A program made the translations under genes and the position numbers. Below are positions 38,656 through 48,370 of a stretch of 64,000 bases of DNA, piece after piece (position 1 is the first letter of the stretch; every line of letters starts with the position of its first letter). The stretch lies in the NCBI GenBank assembly GCA_963786105.1, contig CAWAXX010000017.1:246452-310451 (forward strand), read 5' to 3'. The notes beneath the pieces are model-generated. The model was given only the letters and a program-made list of their open reading frames with translations. It was not told the DNA's origin and made no database searches. Source of the DNA: Vulcanimicrobiota bacterium (lineage in GTDB: Bacteria; Vulcanimicrobiota; Vulcanimicrobiia; Vulcanimicrobiales; Vulcanimicrobiaceae).

Positions 38656-39803
38656 GCACCCCGCTTCCACGCAGCGAGTTCGCCGTCACCGAACGGTCCG
38701 TCTACCTCAATCACGCCGCCGTCGGCATCCTGCCGCGTTCGTCGCGCTTGGCGATCGAGGAGTTGCTGCGCGCGCACGGCGATGCGGGCGTGCTCGGAAC
38801 CTATCCGTACGACGCACGCATGCCCGAGTATCGCGAGCGGATCGGCGGCTTCATCGGAGCGAAGGGTAGCGAAATCGCCACCGTCCCCAGCACGAGCTCG
38901 GGTGCGAACGTCGTCGCCCTGGGCATCGATTGGCGGCCGGGCGACGAGGTGCTGCTATGCGACAACGAGTTCCCGGCCAATGCGGTACCTTGGGTCGCGC
39001 TACGCAAACGCGGCGTCGCGGTGCGTCTGCTGTCGACGCACGATGAGCGACTGACGCCCGATCGTTTGAAGCGAGAGTTGACGGCGCACACGCGAGCGGT
39101 CGCGCTTTCGTGGGTTTCGTATGCCGATGGGTACCGGCACGACTTGGCATCGCTCGGCGAGGTCGCACACGCCGCTGGGGCGCTGTTGTGCGTCGACGCG
39201 ATTCAAGGTCTCGGAGCGCTTCAACTCAACGTGCGCGAAGCGGGCATCGATACGCTATATGCCGGTGCCGGAAAATGGATGCTCGGGCTGCACGGCATCG
39301 GCCTCCTCTACGTCCGCGAGGACCTCATCGATCGGCTAAGGTTGGCGATGCCGGGCTGGCGGTCGATGCACGACATGTGGGATTTCCACGAGTACGAGCA
39401 ACCCTACGCGGCCGAAGCCATGCGTTTCGAGGGCGGCACGCCGAACATCGTCGGGACGCTGTCGCTCGTGCGGTCGATCGACCTGTTCGAGCGCTGCGAC
39501 CCGGCCGCGACCGAGCGGCACGTGTTGGCGCTGACCGATTATCTGTGCGAGCGGTTGGGCCGGGCCGGTGCGACCGTGCTAACGCGGCGCGCGCCGGGAA
39601 TTTCCTCCGGCATCGTTACGTTCGAGATGCCCGGCAGCGACAGCGTCGCGCTTGGCCGCGCTTTGCAGAGGGAAGGCGTGGTGACGACCTATCGCCCGGG
39701 CGGCATCCGCGTCGCTCCCCACGGCTACAATACACGGGAAGATATCGACCGTCTCGTCGAGTTCGCGTGCGCCGCTACGTCGATAGCGCCGACGACGTCA
39801 TGA
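38652..39803 (+). CDS. Class V PLP-dependent aminotransferase / C-S lyase
   Basis: YLNHAA, VDAIQGLG, GKWMLG, RFEGGT, IRVAPH.YNT. Confidence 0.85.
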   Translation: MSTPLPRSEFAVTERSVYLNHAAVGILPRSSRLAIEELLRAHGDAGVLGTYPYDARMPEYRERIGGFIGAKGSEIATVPSTSSGANVVALGIDWRPGDEVLLCDNEFPANAVPWVALRKRGVAVRLLSTHDERLTPDRLKRELTAHTRAVALSWVSYADGYRHDLASLGEVAHAAGALLCVDAIQGLGALQLNVREAGIDTLYAGAGKWMLGLHGIGLLYVREDLIDRLRLAMPGWRSMHDMWDFHEYEQPYAAEAMRFEGGTPNIVGTLSLVRSIDLFERCDPAATERHVLALTDYLCERLGRAGATVLTRRAPGISSGIVTFEMPGSDSVALGRALQREGVVTTYRPGGIRVAPHGYNTREDIDRLVEFACAATSIAPTTS

Positions 39804-41202
39804 CGGCGTCGGTCATGCCGTGGATGAGTCGCTTGTCGGCCGGGGCGATGGTTGCGAGAATTCCGCCGAGTCGAACGTCGTCTTCACCGGTAACGAAGTA
39901 GTACGGACAAAGGCGAACGCGACCGTCGTACGTGCGAATCTCGTCCTTCTCGCGGTCGAAATAGGTCTGCTGCAGCCGTTTGCCTTTGTGGAAATGCTGC
40001 AAGATATAGGGCGTCTTGTCGAAGGATGCGAGGGCCGCGTCGATCGTCGCCGCCCACTCGTCCTTGGTGAGATCGTTGGCGATTTTCACCCCGCGCGATC
40101 CCCACGCCAACTCTGAAAATCCGGAAGGCTTCACCACGTAGTCGCGCTCGCTTTTCCCCAGCTCGATTAAGCGGCGAAAATCGGCAATCGGCTGTCCACC
40201 GGCTTCTAAACCGTGGACGACCGCCTGAGGCGGCAGCGGTCGCGGATCGAGAATCCACGTCTTGGGAAAGATCGCTTGCAGACGCTCGAAGCGTTCCTTT
40301 CCCAGCTCTCCGATCCACAGCGAGGCCAGCGCGTAATGATGGAAAAGGGCGAACGATAGCTTTTCTTCGAGGTTGGCTTTCGGCGGCGGCGTCATCTTCA
40401 CGCGATTGTGGCGCGCCGCGTAGAGCATGAGCTCTTGTTTGGGCACGTTGTACAAATCGAACATTTCGAAGTTGCGATACAGCGCGTCGAGCCGTTCCTC
40501 GCGACCGTCTTCATGCCGAATGAAGAGCCCTTCTTCGGTAAAGAAGATCTCGTTTGGCGCACGCAACCAGGCATTGGCGACGTCCAGCCGGCGCATCGCA
40601 CCGGCAAGCCAGCCCATTTCGTTGCGGTAGTCGGCAGATTCGTCCGACACGACGATGGCGACCGTCGGCCGCTCGACGCGGGTGACGTGACGCAGCATAG
40701 CCGCGAAACTCTTGGGAATACCGTCGGCTCCACCGGCACTCTCGATGCCGAGCTGGCAGTACGCCTCGGTCGTCGCGCCGAGGAATCCCATTCCGCCGGG
40801 GACGCTGTCGAGCTCGGTCGCCGCAAAGCCGTCGTCGGTGACGATCAAATCCGGGCGAATGATGGCGGGAAGTTCTTGCTTAAAGCGATTCTGGCGCGCG
40901 AGCTTCACGATTTGTTCGGGTTTCCCGTGATCGAGATATTCGGCGACGAACGCGGGAGCGGTCCCTCGCGCGCTACGATTGTACAGGTTGTTGAGCGCGC
41001 GGTAGAACGCCAGAAGGTCCTGGCCGAGACGTTGGATCGTGTCGAGTTGCTCGGCGGTTAATGCAAACGGCTCGGGGCTGACGCGCCAGGCGATACGCTC
41101 GTTTTCGTCGTTGACCCGGAACAGGCCGGGCGGTATCGCTTCGTACAGGTGGTGCGCTTGCTCCCGAACCGTGAGGTCGGGTTTGGTGGCCGTACAAGGC
41201 AT
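39775..41202 (-). CDS. ATP-grasp / glutathionylspermidine-synthase-like ligase
   Basis: RPDL...ELDSVPGG, LYRNFE, EEKL, VVKPSGFSELAWGSRGV, ILQ.F. Confidence 0.65.
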   Translation of the reverse strand: MPCTATKPDLTVREQAHHLYEAIPPGLFRVNDENERIAWRVSPEPFALTAEQLDTIQRLGQDLLAFYRALNNLYNRSARGTAPAFVAEYLDHGKPEQIVKLARQNRFKQELPAIIRPDLIVTDDGFAATELDSVPGGMGFLGATTEAYCQLGIESAGGADGIPKSFAAMLRHVTRVERPTVAIVVSDESADYRNEMGWLAGAMRRLDVANAWLRAPNEIFFTEEGLFIRHEDGREERLDALYRNFEMFDLYNVPKQELMLYAARHNRVKMTPPPKANLEEKLSFALFHHYALASLWIGELGKERFERLQAIFPKTWILDPRPLPPQAVVHGLEAGGQPIADFRRLIELGKSERDYVVKPSGFSELAWGSRGVKIANDLTKDEWAATIDAALASFDKTPYILQHFHKGKRLQQTYFDREKDEIRTYDGRVRLCPYYFVTGEDDVRLGGILATIAPADKRLIHGMTDAVMTSSALST

Positions 41203-41354
41203 GGTGACGGTTAGGCTCCCTGTCGACAGCCGTCGGGAATCTTGGAACTGCTGAACGCGATATACAGACGCCGCATGCTACGAGTCTTAAAATACCCAGT
41301 TGCCCCGAGGGTTGCAACCCAATGCCGCTGCGGCGCCCGGCCGTGGGGAGAGGG

Positions 41355-41744
41355 CTACTTGATGGTGATGCCGCCGGGCGTCAGCAGCGCCCCTTCGACC
41401 CGGACCACGCCGCCGCCGTAGACGAGCGTCAGATGAAGGACGCCGGGCATCCCGATACGGCTCAGCTCGAGGCTCTCGAGGATGCGCGAACTGCCCTCGC
41501 CGCCGACGAAGTGCAACTCGCGCGCTGAGCTAAAGGAGCCGCCCGAAGCCGAGTACGAGACCGACACCGGCACGAGCACCTCGTCGCCATCCGAATGCAC
41601 GGCTCCGGCGACGCAATAGACGAGGGTAACGGGAGTCCCCCGTACCGCCAGCACTTCTTGCGTGCAACGCGGTTGCGCTATCGCGGGGGCAGTCGCCGCC
41701 GCTGCGACGAGTGCCAATGGAAGAGCGATTTTGCGGCCTAGCAT
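41355..41744 (-). CDS. Secreted hypothetical protein
   Basis: Signal peptide MLGRKIALPLALVAAAATAPAIA, two Cys, beta-rich. Confidence 0.65.
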   Translation of the reverse strand: MLGRKIALPLALVAAAATAPAIAQPRCTQEVLAVRGTPVTLVYCVAGAVHSDGDEVLVPVSVSYSASGGSFSSARELHFVGGEGSSRILESLELSRIGMPGVLHLTLVYGGGVVRVEGALLTPGGITIK

Positions 41745-41882
41745 CTTACTGAGACAACGTTTCTCGTCAGTCAAAGGTCGCACCCGCCATCGAACCGTTC
41801 GCCGGCAACGCGCCCCGTCGTTGAGCGCCGAATCGATTGACCGCCGAGTTATAGTTAGGGAGCCTCTAAAGGAGTCCATGTA

Positions 41883-42098
41883 CCGATTGTTTGAGCCGCA
41901 AAGTCGACGAATGCGAGGAGACGGCGAGGAAGCATACCCGCGGTGGTCTGTGACCGAGCCGGCGACGACGCAGGCGCCGACTTTGCGGCCAAACCATTGG
42001 GGCAACGGCATTTCCGGCGCATCTCATCGTTGCATCGTCGGTCACAGAGCCCTTTGCTATGCTTCCTCCGCTGCGACTCGATCTGCGCCGGAAATGCC
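41883..42098. repeat. Inverted pair of ~95-115 nt structured palindromic elements
   Basis: Shared core GAGGAAGCATA-N9/10-TCTGTGACCGA on opposite strands, each closed by its own perfect stem. Confidence 0.75.
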
Positions 42099-42101
42099 TT
42101 A

Positions 42102-42917
42102 GTGCCAATCGACCTCATCGCCCTCGACCTCGACGGTACGTTGCTCGACGCCAACGACGACATTTCAGACGGAAACCGGCGCGCCGTGCGCGCGGCGCTG
42201 GGCGCCGGCATCCGCGTCGTCCTGGTCACCGGTCGCGGGGCCGATCTTCCGGCTCGCCTGGTGCACGAGCTCCATCTAAATTTGCCGGCCATCTGCGCTC
42301 ACGGCGCGCTGACGAAAGACTTTCTTTCGGGTCGCACGTTGGGGCACATTCCGGTGCCGCTCGGCCACGCGCTCCCTTTGATTGCGTTCGCAGAACGATC
42401 GCGCCTCGACGTCGCGGTATATTTTGAAGAGTGTTTCTTACGGCTGGAAGGTACGACCATCCACATGGAAGACATGCGCGGACCGCACTGGCGCGAAGTC
42501 CGCTCGGTGATCGACGTCGTAAAGACGCCGCCGACGTTCCTCCGCTTCATGGGGCGCCGATCGGTCGAGGCGATGCGCGGTGCGTTCTCGGATTTGCCGC
42601 TGCACTTCAAGTACGAGGTTTGGGGAGAGTTCGAAGAATGCGCCGTGACTAGCCCGGAAGCAACCAAGGAGAACGCGCTCGCGCGACTCTGCGCCGACCT
42701 CGACATTCCCGCGGATCGCGTGCTGGCAATCGGCGACTCGCGCAACGACGTTCCGATGCTGCGCTGGGCCGGGATCGGCGTGGCGATGGGAAACGCGCCG
42801 CTCGAGGTGCGGCGTGCGGTCGAGCGAGTGACTGCGCCGTGCGACCGAGACGGCGTCGCACGGGCGATCGAGCGCTACGCGCTCGATCGTCTGGAGGGCC
42901 GGGAGATGAGCGCATGA
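42102..42917 (+). CDS. Cof-type HAD-IIB hydrolase
   Basis: LDLDGTLL, VTGR, HGAL, K..AL, IGDSRNDVPM, AMGNA. Confidence 0.9.
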   Translation: MPIDLIALDLDGTLLDANDDISDGNRRAVRAALGAGIRVVLVTGRGADLPARLVHELHLNLPAICAHGALTKDFLSGRTLGHIPVPLGHALPLIAFAERSRLDVAVYFEECFLRLEGTTIHMEDMRGPHWREVRSVIDVVKTPPTFLRFMGRRSVEAMRGAFSDLPLHFKYEVWGEFEECAVTSPEATKENALARLCADLDIPADRVLAIGDSRNDVPMLRWAGIGVAMGNAPLEVRRAVERVTAPCDRDGVARAIERYALDRLEGREMSA

Positions 42918-43171
42918 TGCAAGGTCGGCCGTCGCCGGAATACGAAGCACGGCTTCGAGACATCCTCGGCGGAGAAGACTGGCGGGCCTTACGCGAATTC
43001 GCACGCGCGGAAAACCAAATTTCCGACGAGCTGTATGCCAAGGACGAGCATTTTTGGGAAGTGCTGATGCACAAACTCATCTGCAACCGGTTCGACATGC
43101 TCGTCCGGCACGAGCGTTCGCGCGCGTGGCTGGAAGCAAACGGCTACACGGGCGATATTGGGGGCTATTAA
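42914..43171 (+). CDS. Hypothetical protein
   Basis: Coupled ATGA start; helical; ends SRAWLEANGY. Confidence 0.6.
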   Translation: MMQGRPSPEYEARLRDILGGEDWRALREFARAENQISDELYAKDEHFWEVLMHKLICNRFDMLVRHERSRAWLEANGYTGDIGGY

Positions 43172-43175
43172 CGGC

Positions 43176-43421
43176 ATGAAGGTTCGCGTGCTGGCGTTTG
43201 CGCGGGTGCGTGAGCTGCTCGCGAAGTCGGAGATGCGGCTCGAACTTGCGGACGACGCGCGGATCCGCGACGCGTGGTCTGCGTTGACGCGCGCGTGTCC
43301 GGCGCTGAACGAAGTCGCGGCATCCACCCGTACCGCGCGAAACGGCCGTGTCGCGTCGCTCGAGGATGCGCTCTGCGACGGTGACGAACTCGCCCTGTTG
43401 CCTCCCGTCGGCGGGGGTTAA
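43176..43421 (+). CDS. moaD: Molybdopterin synthase sulfur carrier
   Basis: V.V..FA..RE, DGDELALLPPVGGG terminus. Confidence 0.92.
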   Translation: MKVRVLAFARVRELLAKSEMRLELADDARIRDAWSALTRACPALNEVAASTRTARNGRVASLEDALCDGDELALLPPVGGG

Positions 43422-43423
43422 CG

Positions 43424-43852
43424 ATGTTTCGCATCACCGGCGAGCCGATCGATCTCCAGGAGCTCGAGACCGCGCTGAAGAGCGAAGAACGCGGCGGCAT
43501 CGTAACCTTCTCGGGAATGGTGCGCGCGCGCGCCGACGACGGCCGCTCGGTCGACGGGCTCGAGTATGAGGCGTTCGAGCCAATGGCGGTTGATGAGTTT
43601 GAACGCATCGCGCAAGAAGCTCGCGACCGTTTCGGCGACGTGCGGATCGCAATCGTACACCGCATCGGCAGGCTTCGAATCGGCGACGTAGCGGTCGCGG
43701 TCGCAGCCGCTGCCGTTCATCGCGCAGCGGCCTTCGACGCTTGCGAATACGCCATCGACGAGATCAAGCGCCGTGCCCCGATCTGGAAGAAGGAGCGATA
43801 CGCGGGCGGCTCGGGCGAATGGAAAACCAACGACCAGACGCTACTCCCATGA
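43424..43852 (+). CDS. moaE: Molybdopterin synthase catalytic subunit
   Basis: GG.VTF.G.VR, LEYEA, HRIG.L, HR..AF, APIWKKE. Confidence 0.95.
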   Translation: MFRITGEPIDLQELETALKSEERGGIVTFSGMVRARADDGRSVDGLEYEAFEPMAVDEFERIAQEARDRFGDVRIAIVHRIGRLRIGDVAVAVAAAAVHRAAAFDACEYAIDEIKRRAPIWKKERYAGGSGEWKTNDQTLLP

Positions 43853-44571
43853 GTAACGTCGAGCTGTTTAGCATTTCGAGCGATCGCAATCGCGTGGCCG
43901 TCTTGTGGTACGCTCCGCGCAGGCCGCGCGGTATCTCGATCGTCGCGGGGCACGGATATTCGTCGAGCAAGCACAACTTGGATTTCCTGTGCGCCTTCTT
44001 AGCGAGTCACGGCTTCGGCGTCTACAACCTCGATTTTCCAGGCCACAAGCTCGGCGCGAGCGGCGGCGCGTTGCGCGGTGTGGACGACTGTATCGACGCG
44101 ATGTCGGCCACCGTGCGCTTCGCGCGCGATCGAGGAGACGCTGGCGTTTACGCGATGGGTCACAGCATGGGTGGGATGACGGCAATTTTTACCGCTGCTC
44201 TCGAACCCGCCATCCTGGGGACGATCGCCATTGCCACTGGTTACGGCCGGCCGACGTCGATCGCGACCTTGAGAGCCGCGGGAGCCACCGACTTTCGCTC
44301 CTCTTACGTGGCCGGCGTGACGTTGCCCGAACTCGTTGCCGGTGTCGACGAGCGCTACGCCGCGATGCTGCCACGATTGGCCGGGCGGCCGGCGTTGTAC
44401 GTGGCGGCAAACCGCGATGCCATGGTGAATGAGAAGAGCGTGCGCGAACTCTACGAGCGTGCTCCCGAACCCAAGACGTTTGCGAGCATCGACAGCGATC
44501 ACACGTATGCCGGGGAGCGTGCGCGCAGTACCGTGTTGGAATGGCTAAACGCGTTACACCCGCGGGATTGA
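43849..44571 (+). CDS. Alpha/beta hydrolase
   Basis: HGY, DFPGH, GHSMGG, D..V, SDH. Confidence 0.85.
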   Translation: MSNVELFSISSDRNRVAVLWYAPRRPRGISIVAGHGYSSSKHNLDFLCAFLASHGFGVYNLDFPGHKLGASGGALRGVDDCIDAMSATVRFARDRGDAGVYAMGHSMGGMTAIFTAALEPAILGTIAIATGYGRPTSIATLRAAGATDFRSSYVAGVTLPELVAGVDERYAAMLPRLAGRPALYVAANRDAMVNEKSVRELYERAPEPKTFASIDSDHTYAGERARSTVLEWLNALHPRD

Positions 44572-45689
44572 GCAGCACGTCGCTCGCCGGGCAGCCCGCG
44601 CTGCGCCGGTACAGCCGCCACTTGCTGATTCCGGAAGTCGGACTGCGCGGTCAGGAGCGGCTTTCGAACTCGCGCGTGCTGGCCGTCGGTGCCGGCGGCC
44701 TGGGATCGCCGGCGCTCCAGTATCTCGCGGCTGCGGGCGTGGGGCGCATCGGCGTGGCCGACGGGGACGCTGTCGACGAAACGAACCTCCAGCGGCAGAC
44801 GATTTTCGCGACGTCCGACGTCGGGCGCAACAAGGCGACGGCGGCGGCGGAACGGCTGCGTGCGCTCAATCCGACGATTGCGATCGACCCGATCCCCCTG
44901 GACATCGATACCGGCAACGCGCGCGAACTGGTGCGCCTCTACGATGTCGTCCTCGACTGCACCGATCGCTTTCCGGCACGGTACCTGATTAACGACGCCT
45001 GCATCTTGGAAGGTAAGCCGGACGTGTACGCGTCGATCTTCCGGTTCGACGGGCAAGTCAGCGTTTTCGGAGCTGCCGGCGGACCCTGCTACCGCTGTCT
45101 CTATCCCGAGCCGCCGCCGGCCGGGAGCGTTCCGACGTGTGCGGAAGGCGGCGTATTGGGGGCGCTGGCGGGCATCGTGGGCGCTTGGCAAGCGAGCGAG
45201 GCGCTAAAGTTGTTGCTGGACGTCGGCGAGCCGCTGATCGGCCGGTTGATGCTGATCGAAACGCTGAGCGCGCGCGTTCGCGAGGTTCGGTTCGCACGCG
45301 ATCCAGCGTGCTCGCTCTGCGGCGAGCAGCCCTCGATCCGGCAAGCGCGACTCATCGCTTACGACGACGCCGTTGTCGCCGATGTGGAAGAAATCGAGGC
45401 GAGCGCCCTGGACGATGTGCTAGCGACCGCGCGTCTGCTCGACGTCCGCGAACGGCACGAAGCGGTTCTCGGCTCGATCGATGGCGCGATCGCCATTCCG
45501 GCGAGCGAACTCGAAGCCCGCATGCACGAACTGGACAGCTCGCAGCATTACGTCGTTGCCTGTCGCGTCGGCGCAAAATCGCTCTGGGCGGTGCGGCGTC
45601 TTCGCGACGCCGGGTTTAAGCGCTTGCTCCATCTGCGCGGAGGCTTGCTGGCCTACGCCGCGCAACATCCAGACTTCGAGTTCTTTTAA
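44568..45689 (+). CDS. moeB: MoeB/MoeZ adenylyltransferase with rhodanese domain
   Basis: RYSRHL, GAGGLGSP, NLQRQ, PCYRC, C-terminal LDVRE...CRVGAKS. Confidence 0.93.
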   Translation: MSSTSLAGQPALRRYSRHLLIPEVGLRGQERLSNSRVLAVGAGGLGSPALQYLAAAGVGRIGVADGDAVDETNLQRQTIFATSDVGRNKATAAAERLRALNPTIAIDPIPLDIDTGNARELVRLYDVVLDCTDRFPARYLINDACILEGKPDVYASIFRFDGQVSVFGAAGGPCYRCLYPEPPPAGSVPTCAEGGVLGALAGIVGAWQASEALKLLLDVGEPLIGRLMLIETLSARVREVRFARDPACSLCGEQPSIRQARLIAYDDAVVADVEEIEASALDDVLATARLLDVRERHEAVLGSIDGAIAIPASELEARMHELDSSQHYVVACRVGAKSLWAVRRLRDAGFKRLLHLRGGLLAYAAQHPDFEFF

Positions 45690-45690
45690 C

Positions 45691-46548
45691 GTGGCCAATC
45701 CAACGAAGCCGTTCGGCAGTACCGGAATCGAGCTGCCGGTTATCGGGCAAGGAACGTGGGACGTCCCCGAGAGCGGCGCGCGTGCCGCTGAGGCCAAGCG
45801 TGCGGTTCGGCGGGGCATCGAACTCGGCATGACGCACCTCGACACGGCCGAGATGTACGGAAACGGCCGCGTCGAGGAACTCGTGGGTGAAGCGATTGCC
45901 GGGCTGCCGCGTGAGACGCTCTTCGTTGCGACGAAAGTGTTGCCGAGCAACGCCCACTTTCGTGGAACCCTCGACGCCGCGGACCGCAGTTTGAAGCGCC
46001 TCCGTCTCGAGTATCTCGATCTCTTTATGCTTCACTGGCCGGGCGACCACCCGATCGAACAGACCATGCGCGCACTCGAACGGCTCGTGCAGGACGGAAA
46101 AACCAGATTTGTCGGCGTCAGCAACTTCGATGCCGACGAAATGCTGGAAGCGGCGTCGTACCTAAAGGGCGTCCCGCTCGCGTGCAATCAAGTCCTCTAT
46201 CATCTGCGCGAACGCGGCGTCGAACACGACGTGATTCCCGCGGCGCGAGCGCGTGGGATCGCGATCGTCGCCTATACGCCGTTCGGTCGCGGGCAGTTTC
46301 CACGAGCACAGGCGGCCGCAGGCGGCCTGCTGGACGCCATCGCGCGCAGGTATGGTGCAACGGCCCGCCAGGTCATTCTCGCATTTTTGACGCGCGAGAC
46401 GAACGTATTTACGATCCCAAAGGCGTCGCAGGTCGAGCACGTCCAGGAGAACGCCGGCGCGCTCGGTCTCACGTTAGCGCCGGAAGACGTAGCGGCCATC
46501 GATGCGGCGTTTCCGCTCGGTGCGAAAGCGCCGCTTGCATCGCTGTAG
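45691..46548 (+). CDS. Aldo/keto reductase
   Basis: GQGTW, DTAEMYG, LHWP, GVSNF, NQVLY, IPKAS. Confidence 0.93.
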   Translation: MANPTKPFGSTGIELPVIGQGTWDVPESGARAAEAKRAVRRGIELGMTHLDTAEMYGNGRVEELVGEAIAGLPRETLFVATKVLPSNAHFRGTLDAADRSLKRLRLEYLDLFMLHWPGDHPIEQTMRALERLVQDGKTRFVGVSNFDADEMLEAASYLKGVPLACNQVLYHLRERGVEHDVIPAARARGIAIVAYTPFGRGQFPRAQAAAGGLLDAIARRYGATARQVILAFLTRETNVFTIPKASQVEHVQENAGALGLTLAPEDVAAIDAAFPLGAKAPLASL

Positions 46549-46556
46549 CAACGAGC

Positions 46557-47726
46557 ATGGCGGGCGTCGTCGATCCAAAGGAAATGAAGGACCTCGCGGT
46601 GCGAACGGCCCGCCGGCTCGGCGCAGGCGACGTGCGCGTGACCGACGCGTTTGCCGACGCGCAGTCGGCCCGGCGAATGCGCGAGTCGTTCGCGCGCGGC
46701 GACCTGCAAACGTGGGCATTCGACGAAGCGTACGCCGCCCGAGCGACCGATCCGGCGGAACTACTCGAACGTGCGCGCAGCGTGATTTGCTTGGCTTTTC
46801 CGTACGCGACCGCGGCGCCGGCATCAGCGGGTCCCCTGCGCGGTCGCGTTTCGAACTACGCCTGGTCGCGCGACTACCACGTGCGCGTACGTGCGGCGCT
46901 CACGGCGGTCGCGGCGGCGATGGACGAGGCCGCCGGCGAGCCGGTGACGGCGATTGCGTGCGACACCCGGCCGCTCGCCGAGCGTGCGCTAGCGGCGCGT
47001 TCCGGGTTGGGCTGGGTCGGTAAGCACACCAACGTCATCTCGCCGGCACTGGGATCGTTCGTGTTCCTCGGAGAGGTGGTGACGACGCTCGCGCTTCCTC
47101 CCGATGCACCGGTGCGAAAAAGCTGCGGCGAGTGCGCTCGCTGCGTGGACGTGTGCCCGACCGGAGCGTTGCGCGGGGATTATACTATCGACGCTACGCG
47201 TTGCATCGCCGATTTGACCCAGCGCACCGACGCGATTCCGCGCGCCTTCCGGCCGTCGATCGGCGACTGGGTGTGGGGATGCGATCTTTGCCAGCTGGCG
47301 TGTCCGCCGACGCAAGCCTCAGGAATCAACGGAGATCCGGCGTGGGACGCTCCCGCGGAGTTCGAGACGGCCCGTCCATCGTTGACGGCAATGCTGCGGC
47401 TGCGCAGCGGCGAGTTCAAACGGCGCTTCCAAAAAACGGCGATGGGCTGGCGGGGCGGAGCCGTTCTCCGGCGTAACGCAGCGGTAGCGTTGGGAAACGC
47501 GCTGGACCGTTCGGCGATTCCGGCGCTCGTCTTAACGCTAAATGAGGATCCGCATCCGATGGTTCGCGGTCATGCGGCCTGGGCGCTCGGCCGCATCGGC
47601 GCTCCCAGTGCGATCTCAGCCTTGCAACGGCGTGATCTCGTTGAGGAGGACGCCGGCGTTCGCGAGGAGATTCGCGCCGCTCTGGAACCCTTCGCCACCG
47701 CTCCCGCCTCTACAGGAAGTACATGA
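46557..47726 (+). CDS. queG: Epoxyqueuosine reductase
   Basis: YAWSRDYH, GLGWVGKH, CGECARCVDVCPTGA, GCDLCQLACP, RRNAAVALGN, HEAT tail. Confidence 0.93.
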   Translation: MAGVVDPKEMKDLAVRTARRLGAGDVRVTDAFADAQSARRMRESFARGDLQTWAFDEAYAARATDPAELLERARSVICLAFPYATAAPASAGPLRGRVSNYAWSRDYHVRVRAALTAVAAAMDEAAGEPVTAIACDTRPLAERALAARSGLGWVGKHTNVISPALGSFVFLGEVVTTLALPPDAPVRKSCGECARCVDVCPTGALRGDYTIDATRCIADLTQRTDAIPRAFRPSIGDWVWGCDLCQLACPPTQASGINGDPAWDAPAEFETARPSLTAMLRLRSGEFKRRFQKTAMGWRGGAVLRRNAAVALGNALDRSAIPALVLTLNEDPHPMVRGHAAWALGRIGAPSAISALQRRDLVEEDAGVREEIRAALEPFATAPASTGST

Positions 47727-48346
47727 AGTACGCTACGAGCCTTCTCGCGCTGGTTGCCCTAGCCGTCGGCGGGTCGCCCGCCGGAGCTGCCGAGGATCTG
47801 CTCGGCCGCATGGCGGCTCTCAATCCGAACCTGCACACGTTTACCGCAACCATGCATGCGAACGTCGCGCTCAAGTCATTTCCGTTTCTGAGCGTGCAGC
47901 TGGTCGGGACCTATTACCACAAGGAGCCCGATCAGAACAAAATAGTCTTCACCAGCGGTGTCCCGGCCGTTGCGGAACAATTCGACAAGCTGTACGCGCA
48001 CATCGAGTCGCCGTCGCGATGGCGCGACGTCTACACGGTGAGCGTCGTTTCCGATGACGGCGCCACGACGACCTTTCGGCTGGTACCCCGCAAGAAGGGC
48101 AACGTAGACCATATCGACGCCAAAGCCGGCGATAAGACCGCTACCGTCGACTGGATGCGCTGGAGCTACGACAACGGCGGCTATGCGGAGATGAACAGCC
48201 GGTACGGCGAAGTCTCCGGCAATCTGCTGGTGACGTCGCAGACGGGTCACGTCCAAGAACCCGGCTACACGGCGGATATTACGTCGACGATCGATAACTA
48301 CCGGATCAACGCCCCGCTTTCGGACGGCGTGTTCGCCCCGCAGTAG
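47723..48346 (+). CDS. Secreted LolA-like fold protein
   Basis: Signal peptide, F.LVP, C-terminal YRINAPLSDGVF. Confidence 0.6.
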   Translation: MKYATSLLALVALAVGGSPAGAAEDLLGRMAALNPNLHTFTATMHANVALKSFPFLSVQLVGTYYHKEPDQNKIVFTSGVPAVAEQFDKLYAHIESPSRWRDVYTVSVVSDDGATTTFRLVPRKKGNVDHIDAKAGDKTATVDWMRWSYDNGGYAEMNSRYGEVSGNLLVTSQTGHVQEPGYTADITSTIDNYRINAPLSDGVFAPQ

Positions 48347-48370
48347 GGTTCTGAAGAAAGACTCCCGCGA

